DNA of 64,000 bases from Abditibacterium sp. GTDB taxonomy: Bacteria; Armatimonadota; Abditibacteriia; Abditibacteriales; Abditibacteriaceae. A program made the translations under genes and the position numbers. This document shows positions 39,611 through 48,939 of this stretch, one piece after another. The number at the start of each line of letters is the position of its first letter. Within the stretch, counting starts at the first letter, position 1. Where the stretch lies: the NCBI GenBank assembly GCA_965199495.1, contig CBDASK010000003.1:2688001-2752000 (forward strand), read 5' to 3'. The notes beneath the pieces were generated by a model, which saw nothing but the letters and a program-made list of their open reading frames with translations, was not told the origin of the DNA and ran no database searches.

Positions 39611-40864
39611 ATGTCGCTTTTCGAGACGAATTCATCGGAGATAAACGACCCGCAACGTTTAGCTGCGTTGGGGCTTTCGGGGTTGCTCGATACGCCGCCC
39701 GAAGCGGCCTTTGATAAATTCACCGCTCTGGCTCAGCAAATTTTGGGAGTGTCCGTCGCGCTGATTTCGCTGGTGGACGAAGATCGCCAGTTTTTCAAAA
39801 GCCAGATCGGATTGCCCGAACCGTGGGCACAAGCCCGGCAAACGCCGCTTTCTCACTCGTTTTGTCAGTATGTAATCACCCGAAACGAGCCTTTGATTGT
39901 CAACGACGCGCACTTAAATTCACTGGTCAAAGAGAATCTCGCGGTTTCGGAAATTGGCTTGGTCGCTTATGCGGGCGTTCCTCTGCGCACGGCTTCCGGC
40001 CAAGTCATCGGCGCGTTTTGCGCCATTGACACGCAACCCGTGCAATGGACGCCGCGCGACATCGAAATTTTGAGCGCCTTAGCCGAAATGGTGATGCGCG
40101 AAGTCGCATTGCGCCAGATGGCGCAGCAGCTTGACGAGCGTTACAAATCGCTTCAAATCGCCGAAGATCGCCGCGATAGTCTGGTCAATATGCTCGTCCA
40201 CGACTTGCGCACTCCTCTCTCTTCGCTGGTTGCCGGTTTGGATACGCTGAACGTGGTCGCGCAATTGGATGGCGTTGCGCAGAATATGCTCGATATTTCG
40301 GTGCGTGGCGCAAAATCTTTGTCGGGCATGATCGACACGATTCTGGACGTGAGCCGAGCCGAAGCGGGGCTGCTGGTTTTGGATCGCAAACCGATATTGC
40401 CGCTCTCTCTGGCGGCGTTGGCAACCGAAGAAGTGGAGCAATTAATCTTGAAGAAATCGCTCGCACTATCGCTCGAAATCGCACCCGAACTGCCGGTTTT
40501 TAGCGCCGATAAAAACAAGTTAAGACGCGTGTTGATTAATCTTCTGGGCAACGCGATTTCTCACACGCCAGCGAAGGGCCAGCTCAAAATTTCCGTCGAA
40601 TTATGTTCCGATGGACAAACTTTTCTGTGGTGCGTTTCGGATACGGGAACGGGCATTCCCGCCGACGAATTGGAACATATCTTTGAGAAATTTGGTCAGG
40701 TCGCCTCAACCAGCCACGGCCAAGCCAACTCAGGGTTGGGCCTGACGTTTTGCAAACTGGTCATCGAAGCGCACGGCGGAAAAATGTGGGCCGAGAGCCA
40801 GATGGAGCAGGGCAGCCAGTTCTATTTCACTATCCCGCTCGCCAATGGAGATTCCGAATTATAG
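39611..40864 (+). CDS. Cytoplasmic GAF-domain sensor histidine kinase
   Basis: GAF (SFCQY, AYAGVPL), VHDLRTPL H-box, NLLGNA, DTGTGI, GLGLTFCK. Confidence 0.95.
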   Translation: MSLFETNSSEINDPQRLAALGLSGLLDTPPEAAFDKFTALAQQILGVSVALISLVDEDRQFFKSQIGLPEPWAQARQTPLSHSFCQYVITRNEPLIVNDAHLNSLVKENLAVSEIGLVAYAGVPLRTASGQVIGAFCAIDTQPVQWTPRDIEILSALAEMVMREVALRQMAQQLDERYKSLQIAEDRRDSLVNMLVHDLRTPLSSLVAGLDTLNVVAQLDGVAQNMLDISVRGAKSLSGMIDTILDVSRAEAGLLVLDRKPILPLSLAALATEEVEQLILKKSLALSLEIAPELPVFSADKNKLRRVLINLLGNAISHTPAKGQLKISVELCSDGQTFLWCVSDTGTGIPADELEHIFEKFGQVASTSHGQANSGLGLTFCKLVIEAHGGKMWAESQMEQGSQFYFTIPLANGDSEL

Positions 40865-40923
40865 AACCTCATTCCCAAAATATCGCATCACACGCCGCAA
40901 ACGCAATTTGCTTTACTATTGGC

Positions 40924-42255
40924 ATGGAAAAAATCACCATTATTGGCGGCGGCCTCGCCGGTTGCGAAGCCGCGTGGCAAGCTGCCAACGCGGGCGCGCA
41001 CGTTCGGCTTTACGAAATGCGCCCGCACGTTTCGACCAAAATTCACCAGACGCACGATTTAGCCGAATTGGTTTGCTCCAACTCGCTTAAATCGAACGAT
41101 TTGAGCAAAGCGTCGGGCTTGCTCAAATGGGAAATGCGCCGTTTGAATTCGCTGCTCATCGCCGCCGCCGACGCGTCGAGCGTTCCGGCGGGTTCGGCCT
41201 TAGCCGTTGACCGTCGCAAGTTCGCGGCTTATATTACGGAACATCTGGAAAATCATCCGAACGTCGAAATCGTGCGCGAAGAGGTGCAGGAAATTCCCGC
41301 CGAAGGTTTCGTTATCGTTGCGTCCGGCCCGCTTTCGAGCGAGCATTTGGCGGCTTCGATTCAACGCGAATTGGGCAGCGCATTCCTCAATTTCTTCGAT
41401 GCCGTCGCGCCGATTGTGGACGCCGACACTTTGGATTACGATACGCTATTTCTCGCTTCGCGTTATGACAAAGGCGACGCGGCCTATTGGAATTCGGCGC
41501 TGACCGAAGCCAAATACGACGAGTTTCGCAACGCTCTGCTCGAAGCCGAGAAATCCGAATCGCACAACGAAGACGACGCGCCTTATTTCGAGAGTTGTAT
41601 GCCCATCGAAGAACTCGCCAATCGCGGGCGCCTGACGATGCGTTTCGGGCCGTTACGCGGCGCCGGTTTAACCGATCCGAAAACCGACCGTTGGCCGTTC
41701 GCCGCCGTGCAACTGCGCGCCGAAAACGCCGATTGCACGATGTATAACTTGGTCGGTTTTCAGACGCGTCTCAAATGGGGCGAACAAACGCGCATTTTGC
41801 GGATGTTGCCCGGTCTGGAAAACGTTGAAATCGTGCGATTTGGCGTGATTCACAAGAACATCTTTCTCAATTCGCCCGCCGTGTTGAACCCGACTTTTGC
41901 GGCCAAACACCGCGCGAACTTGTTCTTCGCCGGACAGTTGACTGGCGTCGAAGGTTACGTCGAAAGTTCGGCGGCGGGCCTGATGGCCGGGCGCAACGCC
42001 GCGCGCGTGGCTGCTAATCGGGAGCCGCTCGTTTGGCCGCGCGAAACGGTTCTGGGCAGCTTGGCGCATTACATTACCGGAGCCGACGCCAAACATTTTC
42101 AGCCGATGAACTCGAACTGGGCTTTGCTTCCGCCGCTACCCGAACCGACCGATAAAAAGAAGTGGAAAAAAGATGAGAAGCCGCCGCTTCACGTCGAGCG
42201 CGGACAGGCGGCGCTGGAGCGGTTTGTCGAGCAGTTTGAGTTGGTTGCGGTATAA
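40924..42255 (+). CDS. trmFO: Folate-dependent tRNA m5U54 methyltransferase TrmFO
   Basis: IIGGGLAGCEAA, AELVCSNS, YFESCMPIE, VGFQTRLKWGEQ, AGQLTGVEGYVES, FQPMN. Confidence 0.97.
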   Translation: MEKITIIGGGLAGCEAAWQAANAGAHVRLYEMRPHVSTKIHQTHDLAELVCSNSLKSNDLSKASGLLKWEMRRLNSLLIAAADASSVPAGSALAVDRRKFAAYITEHLENHPNVEIVREEVQEIPAEGFVIVASGPLSSEHLAASIQRELGSAFLNFFDAVAPIVDADTLDYDTLFLASRYDKGDAAYWNSALTEAKYDEFRNALLEAEKSESHNEDDAPYFESCMPIEELANRGRLTMRFGPLRGAGLTDPKTDRWPFAAVQLRAENADCTMYNLVGFQTRLKWGEQTRILRMLPGLENVEIVRFGVIHKNIFLNSPAVLNPTFAAKHRANLFFAGQLTGVEGYVESSAAGLMAGRNAARVAANREPLVWPRETVLGSLAHYITGADAKHFQPMNSNWALLPPLPEPTDKKKWKKDEKPPLHVERGQAALERFVEQFELVAV

Positions 42256-42275
42256 ATTCACATTGGGAGGATTGA

Positions 42276-42773
42276 ATGTTTATCAACGAGCAATATACCT
42301 TTCATTTCGTGTGTCTTGCGTGTCGCCGCTCGATTAAACGTGCGGCGAATATTCGTTGGGCTTCGCAAATGCGCGGCGAAGTCTGGAATACGCCTTCGAT
42401 TCGTTGTGGGCAGTGTGGCGAAGAATTGTTGTGTATGGGACGCAAATTCGCGGCGCCCAAACGCCGCGATGACGCGGGTTGGAAAAAATTGGCGTGGATG
42501 ATCGAAAACGGTTGGCGCGGTGGCAGTTGGCCGGTTACGCCCACGATGAATTTAAATCAAGTGCGCGAAAGCTTGCGCGCCGCGCGCGAGAAACGCATCG
42601 CCGTTTGGCAACGCGTGAAAGAGGAATCTTCTTTTGAAGAAGCCAAGCGCCGCGCACGTCGCAATGCGCGCAAAACTCGCACAGGGCGCAAACGCGCGCG
42701 GCTCGAACTCAAGGCGCAACGCCAATATCAAGACGCAGTTTTGGCGCGCGTGCCAGAGCGGAAACCCGCATGA
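42276..42773 (+). CDS. Basic Zn-finger-like hypothetical protein
   Basis: RBS GGAGG; CLAC...CGQC; MGRKFAAPKRRDDAGW. Confidence 0.7.
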   Translation: MFINEQYTFHFVCLACRRSIKRAANIRWASQMRGEVWNTPSIRCGQCGEELLCMGRKFAAPKRRDDAGWKKLAWMIENGWRGGSWPVTPTMNLNQVRESLRAAREKRIAVWQRVKEESSFEEAKRRARRNARKTRTGRKRARLELKAQRQYQDAVLARVPERKPA

Positions 42774-42984
42774 AATCAAACAATGTAATGACGCACAAAA
42801 AGACTGCCGTATAATCGTGTCTAACTTTAGCGCTTGAAATTGTGGTGCGTTTGGATTAACATCCAACGGGCGCCGCGCTCGTTTTTTCTAAATTTCAAGC
42901 GGAATTCCGTTCCTCTGGCGATAACGTTGCCGATGAGAAGGGTGAAAGTTTGTTTCGATAACTCCGACGGTCTTTGTTACTTTT

Positions 42985-44325
42985 ATGCGCTCTACTCGCA
43001 CCATCGTTTTTGGCTGTGCCCTGATTGCGGTGGCCCTGATTTTTTGGGTCATTCTCAGCAAAATCCGGCACTCCAACTCGCTCACTCCCGTCGCCACTCG
43101 CACGGCGATGCAGGGCGCCACCACTGTTTCTGCGCCCAGTTCCGGCCAAATCGCCGTCGCGGCAACCGATATTCCCGCTGGCTCCATCGTGACCTCCGAT
43201 ATGCTTCAGATGAAGGACTATACCGGCCCTTCGACGACCGGTTTCATCACCGATGTGGACAAGCAGGCGGCGGGCTTTATCACGCGCGTGACGCTTACCA
43301 AGGGCAGCCAGATTCGGCCCGCCGAAGATTTTATCGGCCACATTTCGCAGGTCGGCATCGCGGGCGCTTTGCGTCCCGGCACGCGCGCTCTGGTGTTGCC
43401 CCTCCCCGGCAAACCGACGCTGCACGATTTAGTCAAAATCGGCAATTCGGTGGACATCATCGCTTCGTTCGACGGGCAGGAATCGCGCACCATCGTCGAG
43501 AACGTGCGCGTGCTGGCCGTTGACGTTTTCGCCAACGATTACCCGCAGGTCAACGCGGCGATGCGCGGCGCCTACAAAGCGCCACCTTTAGGCAGCGCCG
43601 TCGCGGCGGGCAATACGGCGCCGAGCGCGCCCAGCGCTCGCACGAGCGCTGCGCCCGATTCGGAGGCGCCCTCCGAAACGCCCACGCCGACGCCCGCGCC
43701 GCAGAACCTGCCGCCGCTCGATCCGGCTTTAACGCTCGAAGTCACGCCGCAACAGGCCTCGGCAATTCAGTTGGCGCAATCGTCGGGCGCGCCGCTCGAC
43801 TTCTTGGTGCGCCCGGCGTTGCCCGGCAACCGTTCGGGCGAAATCACGCTCGTGGGCGACGACGGCACTGCGAGCGGCACCGAGGGCGTGGCTACGCCCA
43901 TCATCAATTCGGTGACCAAACGCCAGCTCGCGCCCTACGCCGAAGCCGTGAAAAATCGCGGCGCCGGTAACAACGCCAATCGCAGCGGTTCGGCGGGCGG
44001 CGACACGCGCACTGCTTCGGCGGGTTCCGGTTCGGGACGTGCCGGTGGCTCCGGTCGTTCGGCGCGCAATGCTTTCCCAGTGCCCGACTTTCCGCCCATT
44101 ACCACGACGAGTTCGCCCAGCGAGATTTTGCCCACGCCATTTGTCCCGCCGCATTCGAGCGGTAGCAATGGCAACGGGGGCAGCAACCCCGAATTGGGGG
44201 GCGGCGCGAGCAACGGTGGCAGTTCGGCGGCGCGCGGCTCTTCATCCGGCGGGACGTATCAAATTCCGATCTACTCCGATGGCGGCGTCGTGCGCACCGA
44301 GACCGTGCCGGTTCCGACCCGCTAA
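42985..44325 (+). CDS. cpaB: Flp/Tad pilus assembly protein CpaB/RcpC
   Basis: N-terminal TM, SAF domain (VAATDIPAG), PGTRAL, GNSVDII, VENVRVLAVD, TLEVTPQQA. Confidence 0.88.
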   Translation: MRSTRTIVFGCALIAVALIFWVILSKIRHSNSLTPVATRTAMQGATTVSAPSSGQIAVAATDIPAGSIVTSDMLQMKDYTGPSTTGFITDVDKQAAGFITRVTLTKGSQIRPAEDFIGHISQVGIAGALRPGTRALVLPLPGKPTLHDLVKIGNSVDIIASFDGQESRTIVENVRVLAVDVFANDYPQVNAAMRGAYKAPPLGSAVAAGNTAPSAPSARTSAAPDSEAPSETPTPTPAPQNLPPLDPALTLEVTPQQASAIQLAQSSGAPLDFLVRPALPGNRSGEITLVGDDGTASGTEGVATPIINSVTKRQLAPYAEAVKNRGAGNNANRSGSAGGDTRTASAGSGSGRAGGSGRSARNAFPVPDFPPITTTSSPSEILPTPFVPPHSSGSNGNGGSNPELGGGASNGGSSAARGSSSGGTYQIPIYSDGGVVRTETVPVPTR

Positions 44326-44438
44326 AATCCGCGCCATTGGTCATTTTGTCGCGTTAGCCTGTAAGCGTTAGTCTCTAAAGTTAGCCGTAATTGTTTCGTC
44401 TGTTTGCCGTGTTGTTCGAGCGGTTGATTTTTCCAGCC

Positions 44439-47400
44439 ATGCTGAATTTTTGTTCTTCTTTTCCCGCCCCCGGTCGCATCTTTCTGCCCGGTTGCGCCTT
44501 GGCCGCCGGTCTGTTGCTCCTCGCTCCCGCCGCTCGCGCCACACCAAAACCGCCCGCAAAAGGCGCCCTTAAAGCGTCCGCCATGAAGTTGAGCGTGGGC
44601 AAAACCGCGACTTATCCGCTACCCGCCAAAGGCAGCTACACGGTCGAGTCGGGCGCTCTCAATACGGTGAGCGAACGCAAAAACGGCACGCTTTCCATTA
44701 AAGCATTGCGCCCCGGATTGGTGCGCGTGCGCTTGAAAACGCCCGGCCAAAAAGATCGCGTTATCGCGTTGCAACTGGTGGATTCTGGCGAATCATTCGC
44801 GCCGACCAGCCAGAATTTCGGCGGCCAGACAACGTTGGCCATCGCCGCCGAAATTCCCGACATCGCGCCCAATACCAAATCCGATAGCGATAAAGTCAAT
44901 CGCTTAATTTCGGCCCAAGTCGTGGCGCGCCCGGCCTCGCCCGGCGCCACGCCGCAAACGGCGCCGCTCAGTTCGCCCGCCGCTCCAACCAACGCGGCGC
45001 CCGCGATGCCCGCGACTTCGACATCGGGCACGCCGCCGATTAATCTCGGCCCGATTCCCGCCGCCGGAACCACGTCTGTCGCGCCGCCGCGCGCGGCGAC
45101 GCCCAACCCGTTTGAGTTGTTTTCGCCCGATTACGTCGGCTCGGCCAGGGGAACCGCGATACCCGCCGCAGGCACCGCCGCGACGGGCGCGCCCGTCGCT
45201 GGCGCGCCCATGACTGGGATTGCCGGAACGCCTCTCAAGGCGTTGCCGCCGCAGAATTTGCCGCCGCAAAACTTTCCGCCCGCGCAGCGCCCGCCCGCCA
45301 CAGTTACAGCCACGCCGCGCGTGCCGTCGGCGCCGCCGAAGCAAACGCGGCCCCAAACCAACATCGCGGCGCCCGCCAATTCCGCGCAACTGCCGGTTTT
45401 GCCCGCCGCGCCCGATACGGTCGCGATGAACAACGCCGCCGATGGCGGCGCGCGCATTTCTCCGGCGTTGCCGATTCCGGCGCAAAACCCGAATTTCGTG
45501 CCGCAGGTCAGTTACAAAACGACCTCCAAACTTCCAGCCAGCGTCAACCAGCTCAAGGCCAAGCAGAGCGTGGCTGTCACGCAGGGCGAGGCGCGTTTGC
45601 TGACTTTTCAGAATAACATTCTGGCGGTCTTTTTCTCCGACCCCAACGTGATGGATGCGCGCGCCATCAACGCGCGCACCATCGCCGTGACCGGCACGGG
45701 CGCCGGACAATCCACGCTCGCGGTTTTCACCGAGCGCTATCCCGGCGACGCCGTCGGTTTCGCCAGCATTTATCGCGTCGAAACCGCCGCGCGCGGCAAC
45801 GGCATGCGGGTTGTCACGCCCGACCCAGCAACCGTGGAAGCGGCATTGACGACGGCTTTGGCCGATCCGCGCGTGCGGGTTTCGGTGGTGAAGTTGCCCG
45901 AAGGCACGCTCGCCGCGCGCCTGACCGGCATCGTGCGCGACGCCGCCGAAGTGCAGGGCGCCATCACGACGGCCTCGTTTTTCGCGCCGCGCGTTTTGCC
46001 CTCGGTTTACGCCGATCCCAACGCGCCCTCGATTGACGCGGTTTTGTCGGGCGTCGTCGAAAAAGCGCCCGCCGAGCAGTTGCAGGACAATCTGCGCCGC
46101 ATCACCGGCAATTCTTCTATCGAATTAATCGCGATGCCGGGCAGCTTGGTTTTGAAAGCCGAGGCCGATTCGCAGGCCGATGCGCAACGTTTGTTAGAAT
46201 TGTTGCCCACACTCAATCAGGCGGTGATTCCGTTCGTGACGATTCGCGGCGGCGGCACGGTCGAAAGCTCGAACGTGCCGTTGTTGCAGGGCGAAGATTT
46301 GCAGCTCACCCAGAAATTGCAGGCCGTGACTGGCGTGCGCACGGTCTATGCGGTGCGCGCTTCGGGCAATAGCCTCGCGATTTATGGCACCGTCCAAGAC
46401 CGCGCGCAGTATCAGGCGGTCAAGCGTTATGGCTCGATCATCGCGCAATCGGCGGCGCCCACGGCTCAGGCTGGAACCGCGCAGGGCGGCTCGATTTTTC
46501 GTCCGCAAGGCACCGAACCCGCGCTGGCGGCCTACGATCCGACCGGTGGCTATGCGCGCCAGTTGGGCGTGCAGATGTTCGTGCGCATCACCGACCCGAC
46601 CGAATCTGTCATTCGCAACGTGACCATCGAAACCAATATCGTCGAAATCACGCGCACCAACCTCAAAAATCTGGGCGCCGAATACGGCTCGGCCACGCTG
46701 ACCAATGAAACTGTCACCGGGGGAACTTCAACGCCAGCTTTGGATGGTGCGGGCAATCCGGTCATTGGCACCAACGGCCAACCGGTATTGAATTCATTGC
46801 CCAGCACGATTGCGCGCACGATCAGCCCCGTCTTCAATGCGGGCACGCAACTGCTGGGCAATGGCTTCGCGGGCACGGGCGGCTTTAGCGCCATTGACCC
46901 GTTCCGCGCGCGCATCAACGCCGTCGCGCAAAACAACAATGCGCGCGTTTTGGCCAGCCCCAACATTCGCGCCACCGAAGGCACCGTCGCCCAGATCACC
47001 ATCGGTGGCGAGCGTCCGGTTCCCAGCGCCTCGTCGTCGTTTGGCTCTAATGCGCAGACCATCGAATTCCGTCGTTTCGGCGTGATTTTAACGATGCGCC
47101 CGACTGTCAGCGACGACAACACGATTATTCTGCAAATTCGCGCCGATGTGACGCAGCCCGATCAGACCTACGCCATCAACGTCGGCGGCGCGATTATCCC
47201 CGGCGAAAGCGTGCGCTCGATTGACACGACGCTGACGGTGCGGCCCGGCGACATCGTGGTGATGGGCGGCTTGCTGACCAACGACAAGCGCCAGCAAACC
47301 TCGAAAGTGCCGATTTTGGGCGACCTACCGATCATCGGTTCGCTGTTCCGCTCGCGCCGTTTTGAGAACAACGAAACCGAACTGGCGATTTTCATGTCGC

Positions 47401-47534
47401 CGCGCATTGATGCCGTGCCCGCCACGATGGACACGATGGAAATCGGCAATCGCATCCCGTCGTTCCCGGCGCTACCGGGCCGTCAGGAAAGCAACAACAC
47501 GTTGATTTCGGCGCCGCCGCGTCAGGCCGGTTAA
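44439..47534 (+). CDS. CpaC/RcpA-type secretin with long Pro-rich N-terminus
   Basis: Pilus-formation N domain (SDPNVMDA...GQSTL), ARVLASPN, GGERPVP, IEFRRFGVIL, KVPILGDLPIIGSLFRS; start uncertain. Confidence 0.88.
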   Translation: MLNFCSSFPAPGRIFLPGCALAAGLLLLAPAARATPKPPAKGALKASAMKLSVGKTATYPLPAKGSYTVESGALNTVSERKNGTLSIKALRPGLVRVRLKTPGQKDRVIALQLVDSGESFAPTSQNFGGQTTLAIAAEIPDIAPNTKSDSDKVNRLISAQVVARPASPGATPQTAPLSSPAAPTNAAPAMPATSTSGTPPINLGPIPAAGTTSVAPPRAATPNPFELFSPDYVGSARGTAIPAAGTAATGAPVAGAPMTGIAGTPLKALPPQNLPPQNFPPAQRPPATVTATPRVPSAPPKQTRPQTNIAAPANSAQLPVLPAAPDTVAMNNAADGGARISPALPIPAQNPNFVPQVSYKTTSKLPASVNQLKAKQSVAVTQGEARLLTFQNNILAVFFSDPNVMDARAINARTIAVTGTGAGQSTLAVFTERYPGDAVGFASIYRVETAARGNGMRVVTPDPATVEAALTTALADPRVRVSVVKLPEGTLAARLTGIVRDAAEVQGAITTASFFAPRVLPSVYADPNAPSIDAVLSGVVEKAPAEQLQDNLRRITGNSSIELIAMPGSLVLKAEADSQADAQRLLELLPTLNQAVIPFVTIRGGGTVESSNVPLLQGEDLQLTQKLQAVTGVRTVYAVRASGNSLAIYGTVQDRAQYQAVKRYGSIIAQSAAPTAQAGTAQGGSIFRPQGTEPALAAYDPTGGYARQLGVQMFVRITDPTESVIRNVTIETNIVEITRTNLKNLGAEYGSATLTNETVTGGTSTPALDGAGNPVIGTNGQPVLNSLPSTIARTISPVFNAGTQLLGNGFAGTGGFSAIDPFRARINAVAQNNNARVLASPNIRATEGTVAQITIGGERPVPSASSSFGSNAQTIEFRRFGVILTMRPTVSDDNTIILQIRADVTQPDQTYAINVGGAIIPGESVRSIDTTLTVRPGDIVVMGGLLTNDKRQQTSKVPILGDLPIIGSLFRSRRFENNETELAIFMSPRIDAVPATMDTMEIGNRIPSFPALPGRQESNNTLISAPPRQAG

Positions 47535-47549
47535 GTGAAATCGGCGCTG

Positions 47550-47593
47550 TAAACCACAAAAAGAGCGGCAAATGCCGCTCTTTTTGTGGTTTA
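47550..47593 (+). terminator. Intrinsic terminator
   Basis: AAACCACAAAAAGAGCGGCA-AA-TGCCGCTCTTTTTGTGGTTT. Confidence 0.9.
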
Positions 47594-47718
47594 AGTCGGG
47601 CTAACTACGGCAAGCGTGCGGCACCCCGGCGCGCACGAGACGTTTTTATGGATTAACTTCTCGCGCGGCCCTCGGCACAGCTTCTCAAATCCTGCTCTGG
47701 CGCGCGAGTTAATCTTTT

Positions 47719-48585
47719 ATGTTACGCGGAATTTTTCAAAAGATGGGCGGCTTGGTCGGGCGCAAACTCGACGCGGATTTGCTCGATGAATGGGAAGAAC
47801 AACTCATTTTGTCTGACGTGTCGGTCGAGACAGCCACGGCGTTGGTGGACGAACTGCGCGACGCCGCGCGCAGTGGCAAAACCCCGACCGACGAAGCCGC
47901 GCAAAACTGGCTCAAGGGCCGCGTCATCGAACTGCTCGGCCCCGATACCGCGCCGCTTCAATTCAACGCCAACGGTTTGACGGTGTGGCTGTTTATTGGC
48001 GTGAATGGCGTGGGCAAAACCACTTCGATTGGCAAAATGGCGCATCGTCTGGTCGAAGAAGGCCACAAACCATTGCTGGCGGCGGGCGATACTTTTCGCG
48101 CCGCCGCGTCGGAACAATTGGCCGAATGGGGCCGCCGCGCGGGTGTTCCCGTCGTGAGCGGCCAACAGGGCGCTGACCCCGCCGCCGTGGTTTTCGATGC
48201 TTTGAGCGCGGCCCGTGCTCGTGGCTGCAATATCGTGCTGGTTGATACGGCGGGCCGACTGCACAACAAAACCAATTTAATGAACGAATTGGGCAAAATC
48301 GCGCGCATCATCGAGCGCGAAACCGGCCACGCGCCCGCCGAATCGCTGCTGGTTTTGGACGCAACAACCGGCCAAAACGGATTAGTTCAAGCGCGCGCCT
48401 TTGCGCAAACGGCCCCGCTCACGGGACTAATTTTGACCAAATGGGATGGCACGGCCAAAGGCGGCATCGTTTTGACGGTCGCCCGCGAAGTTGGCGTGCC
48501 GGTGAAGTTATTGGGCGTCGGCGAAAAAGCCGATGAAATCTGCGATTTCGACGCGCGCGAGTGGACGGAAACGATGTTTAGCTGA
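47719..48585 (+). CDS. ftsY: SRP receptor FtsY (NG domain only)
   Basis: GVNGVGKTT, DTFRAAA, DTAGRLHNK, DATTGQNG, TKWDGTAKGG. Confidence 0.97.
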   Translation: MLRGIFQKMGGLVGRKLDADLLDEWEEQLILSDVSVETATALVDELRDAARSGKTPTDEAAQNWLKGRVIELLGPDTAPLQFNANGLTVWLFIGVNGVGKTTSIGKMAHRLVEEGHKPLLAAGDTFRAAASEQLAEWGRRAGVPVVSGQQGADPAAVVFDALSAARARGCNIVLVDTAGRLHNKTNLMNELGKIARIIERETGHAPAESLLVLDATTGQNGLVQARAFAQTAPLTGLILTKWDGTAKGGIVLTVAREVGVPVKLLGVGEKADEICDFDAREWTETMFS

Positions 48586-48595
48586 ACAAACTATT

Positions 48596-48856
48596 ATGTG
48601 GAACCGACCTCTTTTTAGAAACGGCGTGATTTACGGCTTAGCTGGAGTTCTGCTCTTTCGTTTAGGCACAGCCGCGACGATCTACTTCTTCACGACATTA
48701 CCGCAACGCTCTGGCTCAAAACCAGTGGAGCCTCCCACAATTTTGATATTGTTGATCATCGGATTTTTCCTGATGGCGCTGGGAGGAACAATCGCGATTG
48801 TGGCGAGTCTAATTATTGGCGATAAGAGCGAACGTGAAATTTCAAAACTGCGCTAA
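48596..48856 (+). CDS. Small 2-TM hypothetical protein
   Basis: ATG 48596, two hydrophobic segments, fills the ftsY to R-M gap. Confidence 0.55.
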   Translation: MWNRPLFRNGVIYGLAGVLLFRLGTAATIYFFTTLPQRSGSKPVEPPTILILLIIGFFLMALGGTIAIVASLIIGDKSEREISKLR

Positions 48857-48939
48857 CTTGCGATTTCGACGCGCGGATGGAAAAGATACTTAGCCAAAAA
48901 CTCTTTCGGCACAGCGCGGCGGCTGTCAAAATTGAAGGG

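Noticed and set aside
47595..47716. SRP RNA (ffs) upstream of ftsY
   Set aside because: A stem exists (GATTAAC..CTCGCGCG/CGCGCGAGTTAATC) but the conserved SRP domain IV motif (CAGG..GGAA..AGCAG) is not seen on either strand
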